A stretch of 64,000 nucleotides of DNA. Source: Aquabacterium sp. Lineage in GTDB: Bacteria; Pseudomonadota; Gammaproteobacteria; Burkholderiales; Burkholderiaceae_C. Below, piece by piece: positions 52,712 to 64,000 of the stretch. The number at the start of each line of letters is the position of its first letter. Position 1 is the first letter of the stretch. The position numbers and the translations under genes are program-made. The notes under the pieces were generated by a model. It was not told the origin of the DNA, did no database searches, and saw only the letters and a list, made by a program, of their open reading frames with translations. The stretch lies in contig NZ_JAYSBZ010000003.1 of assembly GCF_041915145.1 (NCBI RefSeq), positions 5,831 through 69,830 of the forward strand, given 5' to 3'.

Positions 52712-54445
52712 TCAGTGCGACGTCCCCTCGGACCGGCTGATCTTGTTCCAGACGTTGTACTTGCCCACCGGCTTGCTCATCGGCAGGCGCTTCACCTCCT
52801 TGAGCGTCTGCGCGTCGTAGACGATCAAGGCGCCGTCCATCTCCCACAGGCTGGCGAGCGCGTAGCGGCCGTCGCGGGTGAATTCGATGTGCGCCAGCGT
52901 CTTGCCCGGCGGGCCTTCGATGGTGGCGGCGGGCTCCAGCGTGGTCTTGTCGATCAGCAGCAGCTTGTTCTTGTTGGCGGGGCTCATCATCGCGTCGACC
53001 CAGGCGTAGCGGCTGGCCTCGTGGCTGCGCATGAAGAAGCCGGGGCCCAGCGTCTTGACCTGCTTGATGGTCTGCCAGGTCTGCATGTCGATGATGCTGA
53101 CCACGCCGTCGCGCAGGTTGGGCGAAGCGAGCACAGTGGTCTGGTGGCCATCGGGCGCCGTCCAGGCCCAGGTGATGCCCGAGCCGAGGTGCGGCATGCC
53201 GGGCAGGTCGATGCTGGTGATGCGGCGGCGCGCGTCCAGGCTCACCACCTGGCCTTGCGCCGCTTCGGTGCCGGCCGCCGGGCGCGTGGCGCCAATGGCG
53301 AAACGGTAGCTCTGGTCGAAGAAGAAATCATCGAGCGGCGCTTCGAGCGGCGTGCGGCGCACGCCAAAGGTGCCGCGCTCGGCAATGGCCTCGCTCATGC
53401 GGTAGTCGTGCACGTAGCCATTGAAGATGGGCGCGGCCTTGGGGTCGTACGAGATCTCCCACAGCTCGGGCACGTCTTTCAGCGCCACCACGAAGCTCTT
53501 GCGCGGCGCGGCGTCGTACACGGCGGACACGCGCGAGCTCTGCGTACCGTCGAGCGTGGTCGCGGGGTAGCTCTTGATGAGTTGCAGGTCGGCGTCGAAC
53601 AGCACCACGCTGTGCGGCAGGTAGTTGCCCGCCATCACGTAGCGGCCGTCGCCCGACACGGCCACGTTGCGCATGTTGATGCCGGCGCGCACCTCGGCCA
53701 CCACTTGCAGGTTGTAGAGGTCGTATTTGGTGATCCAGCCGTCACGCGATCCGAAGTAGACGAAGCGGCCATCGGGCGAGAACTTGGGCCCGCCGTGCAG
53801 CGCAAAGCGCGAGGCGAAGCGGTGGATCACCTCGAACTTGTCGCCATCGACCAGCGAAACATGATGGTCGCCGCCCTCCACCACCACGAAAAGATTGTGC
53901 GGATCGGCCGACCACTGGGGCTTGGCGGGCCATTTGGCCGCGCCCGCTGTTTCAAGGCGCGAGGCGCGAATGTCGGCATCCGTCCACTGCGGTCGAGGCT
54001 CGACCGGCGTGTAGATGAGCTTGACGAGCGCATCGATCTCGGAGGCGCCAAGCTTGCCGGCATCCCCGCCGAAAGGCTGCATCTGCGTGGCCGGGCGACC
54101 GTTGCGGATCACCCTGGCCGCCTCGGCCTTGGGCAAGCGCTCCAGGCTCTCGGGCAGCAGGGCCGGCCCCATGCCACCCAGGCGCTGCGTGCCGTGGCAA
54201 GCGGCGCAATGCTGGCTGAACAAGGCGGCGGCGTTGATGGCCGGGGCACTGGCCGCGGCTGCGGGCAGCGATGCGGCGGTTGCGGGAGCCGACGCTACCG
54301 GCTCGGCCGCACGGCTCATGTCCCACCCCATGAAGACCAGCCCGGCGGCCAAGGCCAGGCGCCACAGCAGGCTCGTGACGCCCGATTTCTTTTCGTCGCC
54401 CACATCAGAGGCGGAGTCGATGCGGCTCATATCAATGCGCGACAT
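52712..54445 (-). CDS. nirN: NirN (cytochrome c plus d1-type beta-propeller; dihydro-heme d1 dehydrogenase family)
   Basis: It has a signal/TM segment, a heme c motif (CAACHG) and a cd1-like propeller region similar in pattern to NirS/NirF. It lies directly after nirJ. The start is uncertain (ATG 54445 or ATG 54430). Confidence 0.8.
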   Translation of the reverse strand: MSRIDMSRIDSASDVGDEKKSGVTSLLWRLALAAGLVFMGWDMSRAAEPVASAPATAASLPAAAASAPAINAAALFSQHCAACHGTQRLGGMGPALLPESLERLPKAEAARVIRNGRPATQMQPFGGDAGKLGASEIDALVKLIYTPVEPRPQWTDADIRASRLETAGAAKWPAKPQWSADPHNLFVVVEGGDHHVSLVDGDKFEVIHRFASRFALHGGPKFSPDGRFVYFGSRDGWITKYDLYNLQVVAEVRAGINMRNVAVSGDGRYVMAGNYLPHSVVLFDADLQLIKSYPATTLDGTQSSRVSAVYDAAPRKSFVVALKDVPELWEISYDPKAAPIFNGYVHDYRMSEAIAERGTFGVRRTPLEAPLDDFFFDQSYRFAIGATRPAAGTEAAQGQVVSLDARRRITSIDLPGMPHLGSGITWAWTAPDGHQTTVLASPNLRDGVVSIIDMQTWQTIKQVKTLGPGFFMRSHEASRYAWVDAMMSPANKNKLLLIDKTTLEPAATIEGPPGKTLAHIEFTRDGRYALASLWEMDGALIVYDAQTLKEVKRLPMSKPVGKYNVWNKISRSEGTSH

Positions 54446-55646
54446 ATTTGAACGGCGTGGTCACCACGCGCTCTTCGCTGCGCTGCTCGGGGTGCAGGCC
54501 GATCTCGTCGTCGGTGAGATAGCAGCCCGGGTCTTCGGCCCAGGGGTTGCCGGTGACCTGCTGGGCGCGCACGCGGGTGTTGCCGTTGCAGATGGCCAGA
54601 TGCTGGCAACCGGCGCAGCGGCCCTCGACCGGGCGCGGGTGCTGCTTGAGGCCGGCCATCAGCGGGTCGGACGTATCGGGCCAGATCGCCGAGAACGGCC
54701 GCTCGCGCACATTGCCCAGCGTGTGATGCCACCACATCGTGTCGGGGTGGACGTTGCCGAGGTTGTCGATGTTGGCCACGTTCACGCCCGATGAATTGCC
54801 GCCCCAGCCGATCAGCGTGCGGCGCACGTCGTCGGCCCACTTCGGCAGGTGGCGTTGCACCCATTGCAGCAGGTAGACGCCATCGGCATCGTTGTTGCCG
54901 GTCACGAACTCGTCGTCGCGCCCGGCCTGGGCCGATTGCCAGGCTGCGTCGAACAGCAGGTCGAGCGCCTGCCGCGTGGCCTCGAAGTGCGCGTCGCGCC
55001 CGCGGTTGAGGTTGCCGCGCCCGGCGTAGTTGAGGTGCGAGAAGTAGAACTTGTTGACGTTCTCGCCGCGCATCAGATCGAGCAGCTTGGGCAGCTCATC
55101 GGCGTTGAGATCGGTCATGGTGTAGCGCAAGCCGACCTTCACGCCGTGGCCGCGCAGCAGGTGCACGCCGGCGAGCGATTTGTCGAACGCGCCGATCAGG
55201 CGGCGGAAGCGGTCGTGCACGGCGCCGATGCCATCGAGGCTCACGCCCACGTAGTCGAAGCCGGCCGCAGCCACGCGCTCGGCCATCGGCGCGTCGATCA
55301 GGGTGCCGTTGCTCGACAGCCCGACGTAGAACTTCAACTCCTTGGCGCGCGCGGCGACCTCGAAGATGTCCTTGCGCAGCAGCGGCTCGCCGCCCGACAA
55401 GATCAGCGCCGGCACGCCGAAGGCGCGCAGGTCGGCCATCACGTCGAACACCTCTTGCGTGCTCAGCTCGCCGGCGTAGTCGGTATCGGCCGACAGCGCG
55501 TAGCAGTGCTTGCAGGTGAGGTTGCAGCGGCGGATCAAATTCCAGATCACCACCGGGCCGCGCGGCTTGCGCGACACGCGATGCGGGTAGACGCCGCTGC
55601 GCTCGGCCTCGGTGAGGTCGCGCATGGTTTCAGAGATGCGGAACAT
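54432..55646 (-). CDS. nirJ: NirJ (radical SAM enzyme of heme d1 biosynthesis)
   Basis: It has the CxxxCxxC motif (RRCNLTCKHCY) and a SPASM-like C-terminal Cys cluster (CAGCQHLAICNG). I set the start at ATG 55646. Confidence 0.88.
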   Translation of the reverse strand: MFRISETMRDLTEAERSGVYPHRVSRKPRGPVVIWNLIRRCNLTCKHCYALSADTDYAGELSTQEVFDVMADLRAFGVPALILSGGEPLLRKDIFEVAARAKELKFYVGLSSNGTLIDAPMAERVAAAGFDYVGVSLDGIGAVHDRFRRLIGAFDKSLAGVHLLRGHGVKVGLRYTMTDLNADELPKLLDLMRGENVNKFYFSHLNYAGRGNLNRGRDAHFEATRQALDLLFDAAWQSAQAGRDDEFVTGNNDADGVYLLQWVQRHLPKWADDVRRTLIGWGGNSSGVNVANIDNLGNVHPDTMWWHHTLGNVRERPFSAIWPDTSDPLMAGLKQHPRPVEGRCAGCQHLAICNGNTRVRAQQVTGNPWAEDPGCYLTDDEIGLHPEQRSEERVVTTPFKYVAH

Positions 55647-55660
55647 GATGAAGCCTCGTT

Positions 55661-56167
55661 TCAGTTCGTGGCAGACGGGTTGCCGGACTGTGCCAGACGC
55701 AAGCCCGTCTTCTTGAGAATGCGGCTGCTGAACAGCACGTCGTGCGCGCGGCACGCCTCGCCCAGCAGCGCCTGGATCTGCGCGGCCTGCTCGAAGCATT
55801 CTTCGCGCGTGTGGCCGTGCACCATGGCAAACAGGTTGTAGGGCCACAGCGGCAGGCGGCGCGGTCGGCGGTAGCAGTGCGACACGAAAGGCAGCGCACC
55901 CACTTGCGCGCCGAGCTCGTCCACCCGCTCGTCGGCCACGTTCCAGACGGTCATGCCGTTGGCGACGTAGCCGAGCCGATAGTGGTTGGGCACGGCCCCG
56001 ATGCGGCGGATCAAGCCGCTTTGCAGCATCGCGCTCAGGCGCTCGCGCACCTGCTGCTCGGTCCAGCCCAGTTGCTGCGCCACGTGTTCGTAGGGGCGCG
56101 GCACCAGCGGCAGGCCGCCTTGCGTGGCGGCGATGAGCTGGCGATCCTGTGCAGTCAAGGCGCTCAT
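55661..56167 (-). CDS. nirH: NirH (AsnC/Lrp-like siroheme decarboxylase subunit)
   Basis: It has the motifs DRQLIAATQGGLPLVPRPYEHVAQQLG and HCYRRPRRLPLWPYNLFAMVHG, and sits after nirG. Confidence 0.82.
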   Translation of the reverse strand: MSALTAQDRQLIAATQGGLPLVPRPYEHVAQQLGWTEQQVRERLSAMLQSGLIRRIGAVPNHYRLGYVANGMTVWNVADERVDELGAQVGALPFVSHCYRRPRRLPLWPYNLFAMVHGHTREECFEQAAQIQALLGEACRAHDVLFSSRILKKTGLRLAQSGNPSATN

Positions 56168-56658
56168 GCCGGCAACCTCAGCTCAACAAAGAACTCGCGT
56201 TCTTTCGGGAAGGCGTACACCGGCAAGCCAGAGAGCGCCTCGATGCGCGTGCAGACCTCGGCCACCAACTCGGGCTTCTCGACGCCGATCACGAACCACA
56301 TATTGAGCGCGTGCTCGCGACGGTAGTTGTGCGCCACCTCGGGCAGCGCGTTGACCAGCGCGGTGACTTCGTCGAAACGCTCCTCGGGCGCGGCCAGCGC
56401 GGCGAGCACGAACTGCCCGCCAGCAGCCTCGATCTGGAACAGCGGGCCGAAGCGCGTGAGCACGCCTGCGTCGAGCAGCGCCTGCAAGCGGGCGATGACG
56501 GCGTCTTCACTCAGGCCGAGCGCGGCGCCCACGTCGGCGTATGGCCGCTCGCTGAGCGGGAAGCCGCCGTGCAGGTGGTTGATGAGCGCGCGATCAACAT
56601 CACTGAGCTCGGCCGGCTGGCCTCGCCCCGCGCGCGCAGGCTGCAAGACGGCGTTCAT
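56164..56658 (-). CDS. nirG: NirG (siroheme decarboxylase subunit)
   Basis: It reads DRALINHLHGGFPLSERPYADVG...VAHNYRREHALNMWFV. It has 4-nt overlaps with nirDL upstream and nirH downstream. Confidence 0.82.
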   Translation of the reverse strand: MNAVLQPARAGRGQPAELSDVDRALINHLHGGFPLSERPYADVGAALGLSEDAVIARLQALLDAGVLTRFGPLFQIEAAGGQFVLAALAAPEERFDEVTALVNALPEVAHNYRREHALNMWFVIGVEKPELVAEVCTRIEALSGLPVYAFPKEREFFVELRLPA

Positions 56659-57671
56659 GCGGCCGCCCGAAAGTAGCGCGCGCCGGTCTGCTTGTAGCGC
56701 TTGGTGCTGAAGAGCACGGCGTGCTCGTAGCCGGTCAGGCCCGCCGCCACGCGGGCCAGCTCGATCAGGCTTTGCGCGTCTTCGCGACTGCGGCCGTGCA
56801 CCATGCAATACAGGTTGTAGGGCCAGCCTTCGTCTCTCGAACGGGCGTAGCAGAGCGTGATGCCGGTCTGACGGGCCAGACGCTCGCCAGCGGCAGCCAG
56901 CTCCTCGTCGGGCACGTTGAACACGGTCATCGCGTTGGCATGCAAGCCCAGCTCGTGGTGGCGCACGATGGCGCCAAAACGCCGCAAGGCACCGTTGGTC
57001 AGCCAGGTCTCCAGACGACGCAGAACCGAGACTTCGTCGCAGCCGGCCTGCTCGGCCCACAACGCGTAGGGCTGATCGGCCAATGGCAAGCCTTGCTCGA
57101 CGGCCGCCGCCAGCGCGTGGTCTTCGGGCGGCAGTGGCGCGCAGCAGCTTTGCGCCTTGGCCGGGCAAGCGCCGGTGTAAAGGTCAAAGCCCAGGTCGAT
57201 GCGAAAGGCGCGGCGCATCGGCAGATGCAAGGCGCGCAGGCCGGTTTGCTGCTCCATCTTCGCCACGGCCGCGTCGCGCTCGACAGCGCTGGGCGCGGTG
57301 ATGACGAACCAGAGGTTCCAGTGGTGCTCGCGTTCGTAGTTGTGGTTCACGCCCGGGCAGGCATTGACGAGCGCCACCACCTCGGCCATGCGGTCGTGCG
57401 GCACGGCGAAGGCGCACAGCATCGCCGAGCCCCCCGCGCCCACGCCGAACACGCCGCCAATGCGGCTCACCGCGCCCGTGGCTTGCAAGCTTCGATATGA
57501 GTCCTGCACCAGCGTGGGCCGCACGCCGTAACGCGCCGCGATCACGTCAAAGGGGCGACTCGTCAGCGGGAAGTCGCGCTGCCAGTCGTTGAGCAAGGCC
57601 ATTTCGAGCGCATGCTCATCCACCGGATCGGCAGCAGGCGTCGATCTCGAAACAGGGGCGGCAACGATCAT
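56655..57671 (-). CDS. nirDL: NirD-NirL fusion (two tandem AsnC-like siroheme decarboxylase modules)
   Basis: It carries two repeats of the motif set: LLNDWQRDFPLTSRPF...VNHNYEREHHWNLWFV, and AAAVEQGLPLADQPY...LCYARSRDEGWPYNLYCMVHG. Confidence 0.85.
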   Translation of the reverse strand: MIVAAPVSRSTPAADPVDEHALEMALLNDWQRDFPLTSRPFDVIAARYGVRPTLVQDSYRSLQATGAVSRIGGVFGVGAGGSAMLCAFAVPHDRMAEVVALVNACPGVNHNYEREHHWNLWFVITAPSAVERDAAVAKMEQQTGLRALHLPMRRAFRIDLGFDLYTGACPAKAQSCCAPLPPEDHALAAAVEQGLPLADQPYALWAEQAGCDEVSVLRRLETWLTNGALRRFGAIVRHHELGLHANAMTVFNVPDEELAAAGERLARQTGITLCYARSRDEGWPYNLYCMVHGRSREDAQSLIELARVAAGLTGYEHAVLFSTKRYKQTGARYFRAAA

Positions 57672-57683
57672 GAGGGCTCCTCG

Positions 57684-58868
57684 TCAAAACCCGATGCGTC
57701 CGGCGCGCGGCGTGAAGAAGACGCCGCTGGGCGCGTCGAGCGGCAGCGTGGCGAGCGTGTCGAAGCTGCTGGTGTCGATCACGCTGACGTGGTTGGCGTC
57801 GCGCGACGAGATCCAGACCTGCTCGCCACGCGGCGTGAATTCAAGATGCAGCACGGCCTTGCCGGGCTCCAGCGTCTTGACGACCTGGTTGCTGGCCGTG
57901 TCGATCACCTGCACGCGGCTGTAGTCGGGCACGGCGAAGTTGACCCACACCTGGCGACCGTCGGGGCGCGCCATCACGAAGACCGGCTGGCCGGCCACCG
58001 CGATGCGTCCGACCTCTTTCCAGCTTTCGGTATCGACCACCAGCACCTCATGGCGCCCGATGGCCGGCAGATAGGCATGACGCCCCGCAACAGCCCAGCC
58101 GCGCAAGTGCGGCATCTTGAAAACAGGCAGGGGCTCCTGCCCCTTGCCGTAGCCCGACAGCACCTTGCGCGCCTGCGGCTGCGCGGCCCACAGATCGACC
58201 AGCGCCAGGCCGTCTTCGCCAAACAGGCCGGCGAGGTAATAGCGGCCATCAGGCGTGATCAGTGCGTCGTATGGCTGGTGGCCGATCTGCTTGAGGCGCT
58301 GCACGCGCGGCGCCTGACCCGGCGTGGCGGGCACGTCGGCGATCCAGATCTCGTCGGCGTCGAACAGCGAGAACACGAAGCGTTGGCCGCCACCCACCGA
58401 GGGCGCGTCGGCCAGGCCGACCACGCGCGACAACTTGCCGCTCTCGTACTCGGCCGGAATGTCGGCCACCAGGGCGAGCGTCTGGGCGTCGAACACCTTC
58501 ACGCCACCCGGGGTGTAGTTCTGCGCGGCCACGAAACGACCGTCTTGCGACATGGCCCCGCCGATGCTGTTGCCGGCCTGCATGACGCGCGACTCGACGC
58601 GGCGCGTGAGCAGGTTCACCTTGCTCAAGCCGCCGTCGCGACCGAACACGTAGGCGTAGAGGCCATCGCGCGAGAACACGACCGAGGCATGCGACAGATC
58701 GCCCAGCCCCGGGATCTCGCCCAGCACAGCCTTCGAGGTGGTGTTGACCACCGCCACGGTGCCCTTGGCCCGCTCGATGACCACGCCCAGGTCGCCGGTG
58801 CCGACTGGCGCTACCGCTGCGCAGCCGCACAGGGCCAGCGCAAGAACTGCGCTCAGGCGCCGCGCCAT
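57684..58868 (-). CDS. nirF: NirF (d1-type beta-propeller protein; lipoprotein-like signal)
   Basis: It has a cd1-propeller-like sequence without a heme c motif and an N-terminus MARRLSAVLALALCGC (lipobox-like). The alternative start is ATG 58886. Confidence 0.8.
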   Translation of the reverse strand: MARRLSAVLALALCGCAAVAPVGTGDLGVVIERAKGTVAVVNTTSKAVLGEIPGLGDLSHASVVFSRDGLYAYVFGRDGGLSKVNLLTRRVESRVMQAGNSIGGAMSQDGRFVAAQNYTPGGVKVFDAQTLALVADIPAEYESGKLSRVVGLADAPSVGGGQRFVFSLFDADEIWIADVPATPGQAPRVQRLKQIGHQPYDALITPDGRYYLAGLFGEDGLALVDLWAAQPQARKVLSGYGKGQEPLPVFKMPHLRGWAVAGRHAYLPAIGRHEVLVVDTESWKEVGRIAVAGQPVFVMARPDGRQVWVNFAVPDYSRVQVIDTASNQVVKTLEPGKAVLHLEFTPRGEQVWISSRDANHVSVIDTSSFDTLATLPLDAPSGVFFTPRAGRIGF

Positions 58869-59034
58869 GCGGGCAGCGCACTCCATCCGGCGCGCCCGCT
58901 CATGGCAGCGCTCCGTCTGCGTCGAATCCATTTTTTCCCCACTTTCACGACTTCGGTCACGCCCCCAAACCGCGAAACGCAAGCAGCTTGCTCAGTCGCC
59001 AGCACATGCCGGCACCCGCCAAGCGCCCCCCGTT

Positions 59035-59469
59035 TCACTCCTTCGGAAAGCCCGCCTGCAACCGCTCGGCGATCCAGCGCGCGTCGGTCGCGCTCAGCAT
59101 GGACTGCCAGCCCGGCATGGGCGTGCCTGGTCGGCCGTGGAAGATGGTGGCTTGCAGACTCTCGACCGGCTTGCCCGCGAGGGCTTCTCGCGTGAGCGCC
59201 GGCCCGAGCCCGCCAGTGAGCTGCATGCCGTGACACGAGCCGCAGTCTTGCCGCACCATGCGTACCAGCTCACGCTGGCGCTCGGGCGTCGGAGGCTCCG
59301 ATTGAGCCGACTGCGCCGCCATGCTCGGCAGCATCGTCACCACCACACCTCCACATGTGACCAACCCGGCCAGCTTGCGAAGGATCCGCAAGAGCCCGTG
59401 CCGCTGCGTCGGCCAACGCTTTGGCGACCCGCTTGCGCGGGTGGGGGACGGGTCTTGCGGAAACTGCAC
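59035..59469 (-). CDS. nirC: NirC (cytochrome c55X)
   Basis: It has a heme c motif (CGSCHG) and GRPGTPMPGW, and lies between nirM and nirF. The start is uncertain: an internal TTG would give MRILRKLAGLV.... Confidence 0.75.
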   Translation of the reverse strand: MQFPQDPSPTRASGSPKRWPTQRHGLLRILRKLAGLVTCGGVVVTMLPSMAAQSAQSEPPTPERQRELVRMVRQDCGSCHGMQLTGGLGPALTREALAGKPVESLQATIFHGRPGTPMPGWQSMLSATDARWIAERLQAGFPKE

Positions 59470-59486
59470 GAATCAACCCGTCGGTC

Positions 59487-59798
59487 TTACGACTTCAGGA
59501 TCGACTCGATCACGGCCTTGAGATCAGCGTCGCTGATCTTCTCGGCGTTGTGCGGCGGCATGGGGATCGGGCCCCACACGCCCGAGCCGCCCTTGCGAAC
59601 CTTGTCGGTCAGCTTGGCAACGGCGTCGCCCTGGCCCTTGTACTTCGCTGCCACGCCCTTGAAGGCGGGGCCCACGACCTTCTTGTCCTTCGCGTGGCAA
59701 GCCACGCAACCGGCCTTGGTCATGGCCTCGTCCACCGTCGCGGCCTGGGCAGCCCAGCCAGCGGCCATCAGGGCACACAGCAATGCAATGCGTTTCAT
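59487..59798 (-). CDS. nirM: Cytochrome c551/c552 (NirM)
   Basis: It has a signal peptide (MKRIALLCALMAAGWAAQA), a CVACHA heme motif and GVWGPIPMPP. Length is 103 aa. Confidence 0.9.
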   Translation of the reverse strand: MKRIALLCALMAAGWAAQAATVDEAMTKAGCVACHAKDKKVVGPAFKGVAAKYKGQGDAVAKLTDKVRKGGSGVWGPIPMPPHNAEKISDADLKAVIESILKS

Positions 59799-59810
59799 AT
59801 ACGGCTCCGA

Positions 59811-62605
<2,795 letters not shown>

Positions 62606-62775
62606 TGCAGCACAAGACTGACCGCATTCGCTGCGCCAGTAGTTCCTTGGAACGATAGCCAACCACCCGGGCGGCCAGCGGCATTGTCCTTTTGGATTCA
62701 CACCCCTCGCCGGGCGAAGGATATTCGCCATCAGGGTGAATACCGACACTGCAAGGCATGGGAAAGGAGTTCACC

Positions 62776-64000
62776 ATGTCTTCCGCCAGTGCTTCCGCAA
62801 CCAAGTCTCCCAAGGCGCTGTCTGTGCTGATCGTCAGCACGCTCGCCTTTACCGTCTGTTTCATGGTCTGGATGATGTTCGGCGTCATCGGCATCCCGAT
62901 CAAGAAGGCTCTCAACCTCAGCGCCACGCAATTCGGTCTGCTGACCGCCATGCCGGTGCTCACCGGTTCGCTGGTGCGCGTGCCGCTGGGCATCTGGACC
63001 GACCGTTTCGGCGGTCGCGTCGTACTTTTCACCATCTTGCTGCTGTGCGTGCCGCCCATCTACCTGATGAGCTACGCCACCGAGTACTGGCACTTCCTGG
63101 TGCTGGGGCTGTTCGTCGGTCTGGCGGGCGGCGTGTTCTCGGTGGGCACGCCCTACGTGGCGCGCTGGTTCCCGAAGAACAAGCAGGGCTTCGCGATGGG
63201 CGTGTTCGGCGCAGGCAACTCGGGCGCGGCGGTCAACAAGTTCGTGGCCCCGGCCATCGTGGTGGCCGCAGGCTGGACAATGGTGCCCAAGGTCTACGCC
63301 GCCATCATGCTGGGCACGGCCATCATCTTCTGGCTGGGCAGCGCCCACGATCCGGCGCACGTCGTGCCGGCCAGCAAGGGCGGCTTCATGGCCCAGATGC
63401 AGGCCCTGAAGGATCCGCGCGTGCTCAAGTACTGCCAGTACTACTCGATCGTCTTTGGCGGTTACGTGGGCTTGGCGCTGTGGATGGTGCAGTACTACGT
63501 GGGTGAGTACGGCCTCGACATCCGCGTGGCTGCCCTGCTGGCCGCGTGCTTCTCGCTGCCGGGCGGCGTGCTGCGCGCCATCGGCGGCTGGCTGTCCGAC
63601 AAGCATGGCGCCCACACCGTCACCTGGTGGGTGCTGTGGGTGTGCTGGATCTGCACCTTCGTGCTGAGCTACCCGCAAACCGACTTCACCATCCTGACCA
63701 CCAAGGGCGCGCAGACCTTCCACATCGGCCTCAACGTGTACACCTTCACGGCCGTGATGGGTCTGCTCGGCGTGGCCATGGCCTTCGGCAAGGCCAGCGT
63801 GTTCAAGTACATCAGCAACGACTACCCGCAGAACATCGGCACCATCTCGGGCATCGTCGGCCTGGCCGGCGGCATGGGCGGTTTTCTGCTGCCGATCATG
63901 TTCGGCTACCTGCTCGACCTCACCGGCATCCGCTCCAGCGCCTTCATGCTGCTCTACGGCGTGGTGTGGGTCTCGCTGATCTGGATGTACTGGACCGAAG
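62776..64000 (+). CDS. narK: Nitrate/nitrite MFS transporter NarK-like, 3' end beyond the window
   Basis: GGAAAGGAG lies upstream of ATG 62776. The frame is open to the window end and so is absent from the ORF track. NNP-family motifs are GAGNSGAAV and GLAGGMGGF. Confidence 0.85.
   Translation, partial: MSSASASATKSPKALSVLIVSTLAFTVCFMVWMMFGVIGIPIKKALNLSATQFGLLTAMPVLTGSLVRVPLGIWTDRFGGRVVLFTILLLCVPPIYLMSYATEYWHFLVLGLFVGLAGGVFSVGTPYVARWFPKNKQGFAMGVFGAGNSGAAVNKFVAPAIVVAAGWTMVPKVYAAIMLGTAIIFWLGSAHDPAHVVPASKGGFMAQMQALKDPRVLKYCQYYSIVFGGYVGLALWMVQYYVGEYGLDIRVAALLAACFSLPGGVLRAIGGWLSDKHGAHTVTWWVLWVCWICTFVLSYPQTDFTILTTKGAQTFHIGLNVYTFTAVMGLLGVAMAFGKASVFKYISNDYPQNIGTISGIVGLAGGMGGFLLPIMFGYLLDLTGIRSSAFMLLYGVVWVSLIWMYWTE

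Noticed and set aside
54416-54445. Duplicated MSRID-MSRID at the annotated N-terminus of NirN.
   Set aside because: It probably just reflects two alternative in-frame ATG starts within a short duplicated 15-nt stretch overlapping the nirJ end. There is no evidence of function.

Overview
The window is high-GC, Burkholderiales-like chromosomal DNA; the taxon is inferred from gene content and codon style only. Long mirror ORFs on the antisense strand are common and are treated as artefacts. Gene content, in order:

- **glmS:** its 3' end lies at 3..1739.
- **Tn7-like element (1762..15972):** a 14.2-kb element sits 22 nt downstream of the glmS stop.
  - Ends: 29-bp terminal inverted repeats (27/29 identical), three subterminal repeat copies at each end, and a flanking TCAGGA duplication.
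  - I recognise no transposition genes inside it.
  - Cargo: an XRE-ImmA/PIN/truncated-hsdM/membrane-protein operon, five small or unknown genes, a four-gene Wadjet (jetABCD) operon with a translationally coupled unknown fifth gene upstream, and an orphan sigma/HTH-like gene.
- **Ordinary metabolism and regulation (about 15.9-30.9 kb):** a GMC oxidoreductase/SDR/epimerase operon, an AraC regulator, enoyl-CoA hydratase, fadH, metE/metR, and a BVMO/esterase/TetR group.
- **Low-GC islet (about 30.9-33.0 kb):** an ABC-type AAA ATPase gene overlapping a PIN-like nuclease gene. This is a candidate uncharacterised two-gene defence or toxin module.
- **Housekeeping genes (about 33-43 kb):** an MFS transporter, a methyltransferase, metY, an alpha-carbonic anhydrase, a DUF3422 protein, rdgC and others.
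- **Denitrification region (43.2 kb to the window end):** narX, norCBQD, a Dnr/Fnr-type regulator, chrA, nirN-J-H-G-DL-F-C-M-S on the minus strand, narL, and the 5' part of narK. FNR/Dnr-type boxes lie upstream of norC, dnr and nirS.

I recognised no rRNA, tRNA or CRISPR array. All family calls rest on motifs read by eye, with no database search.
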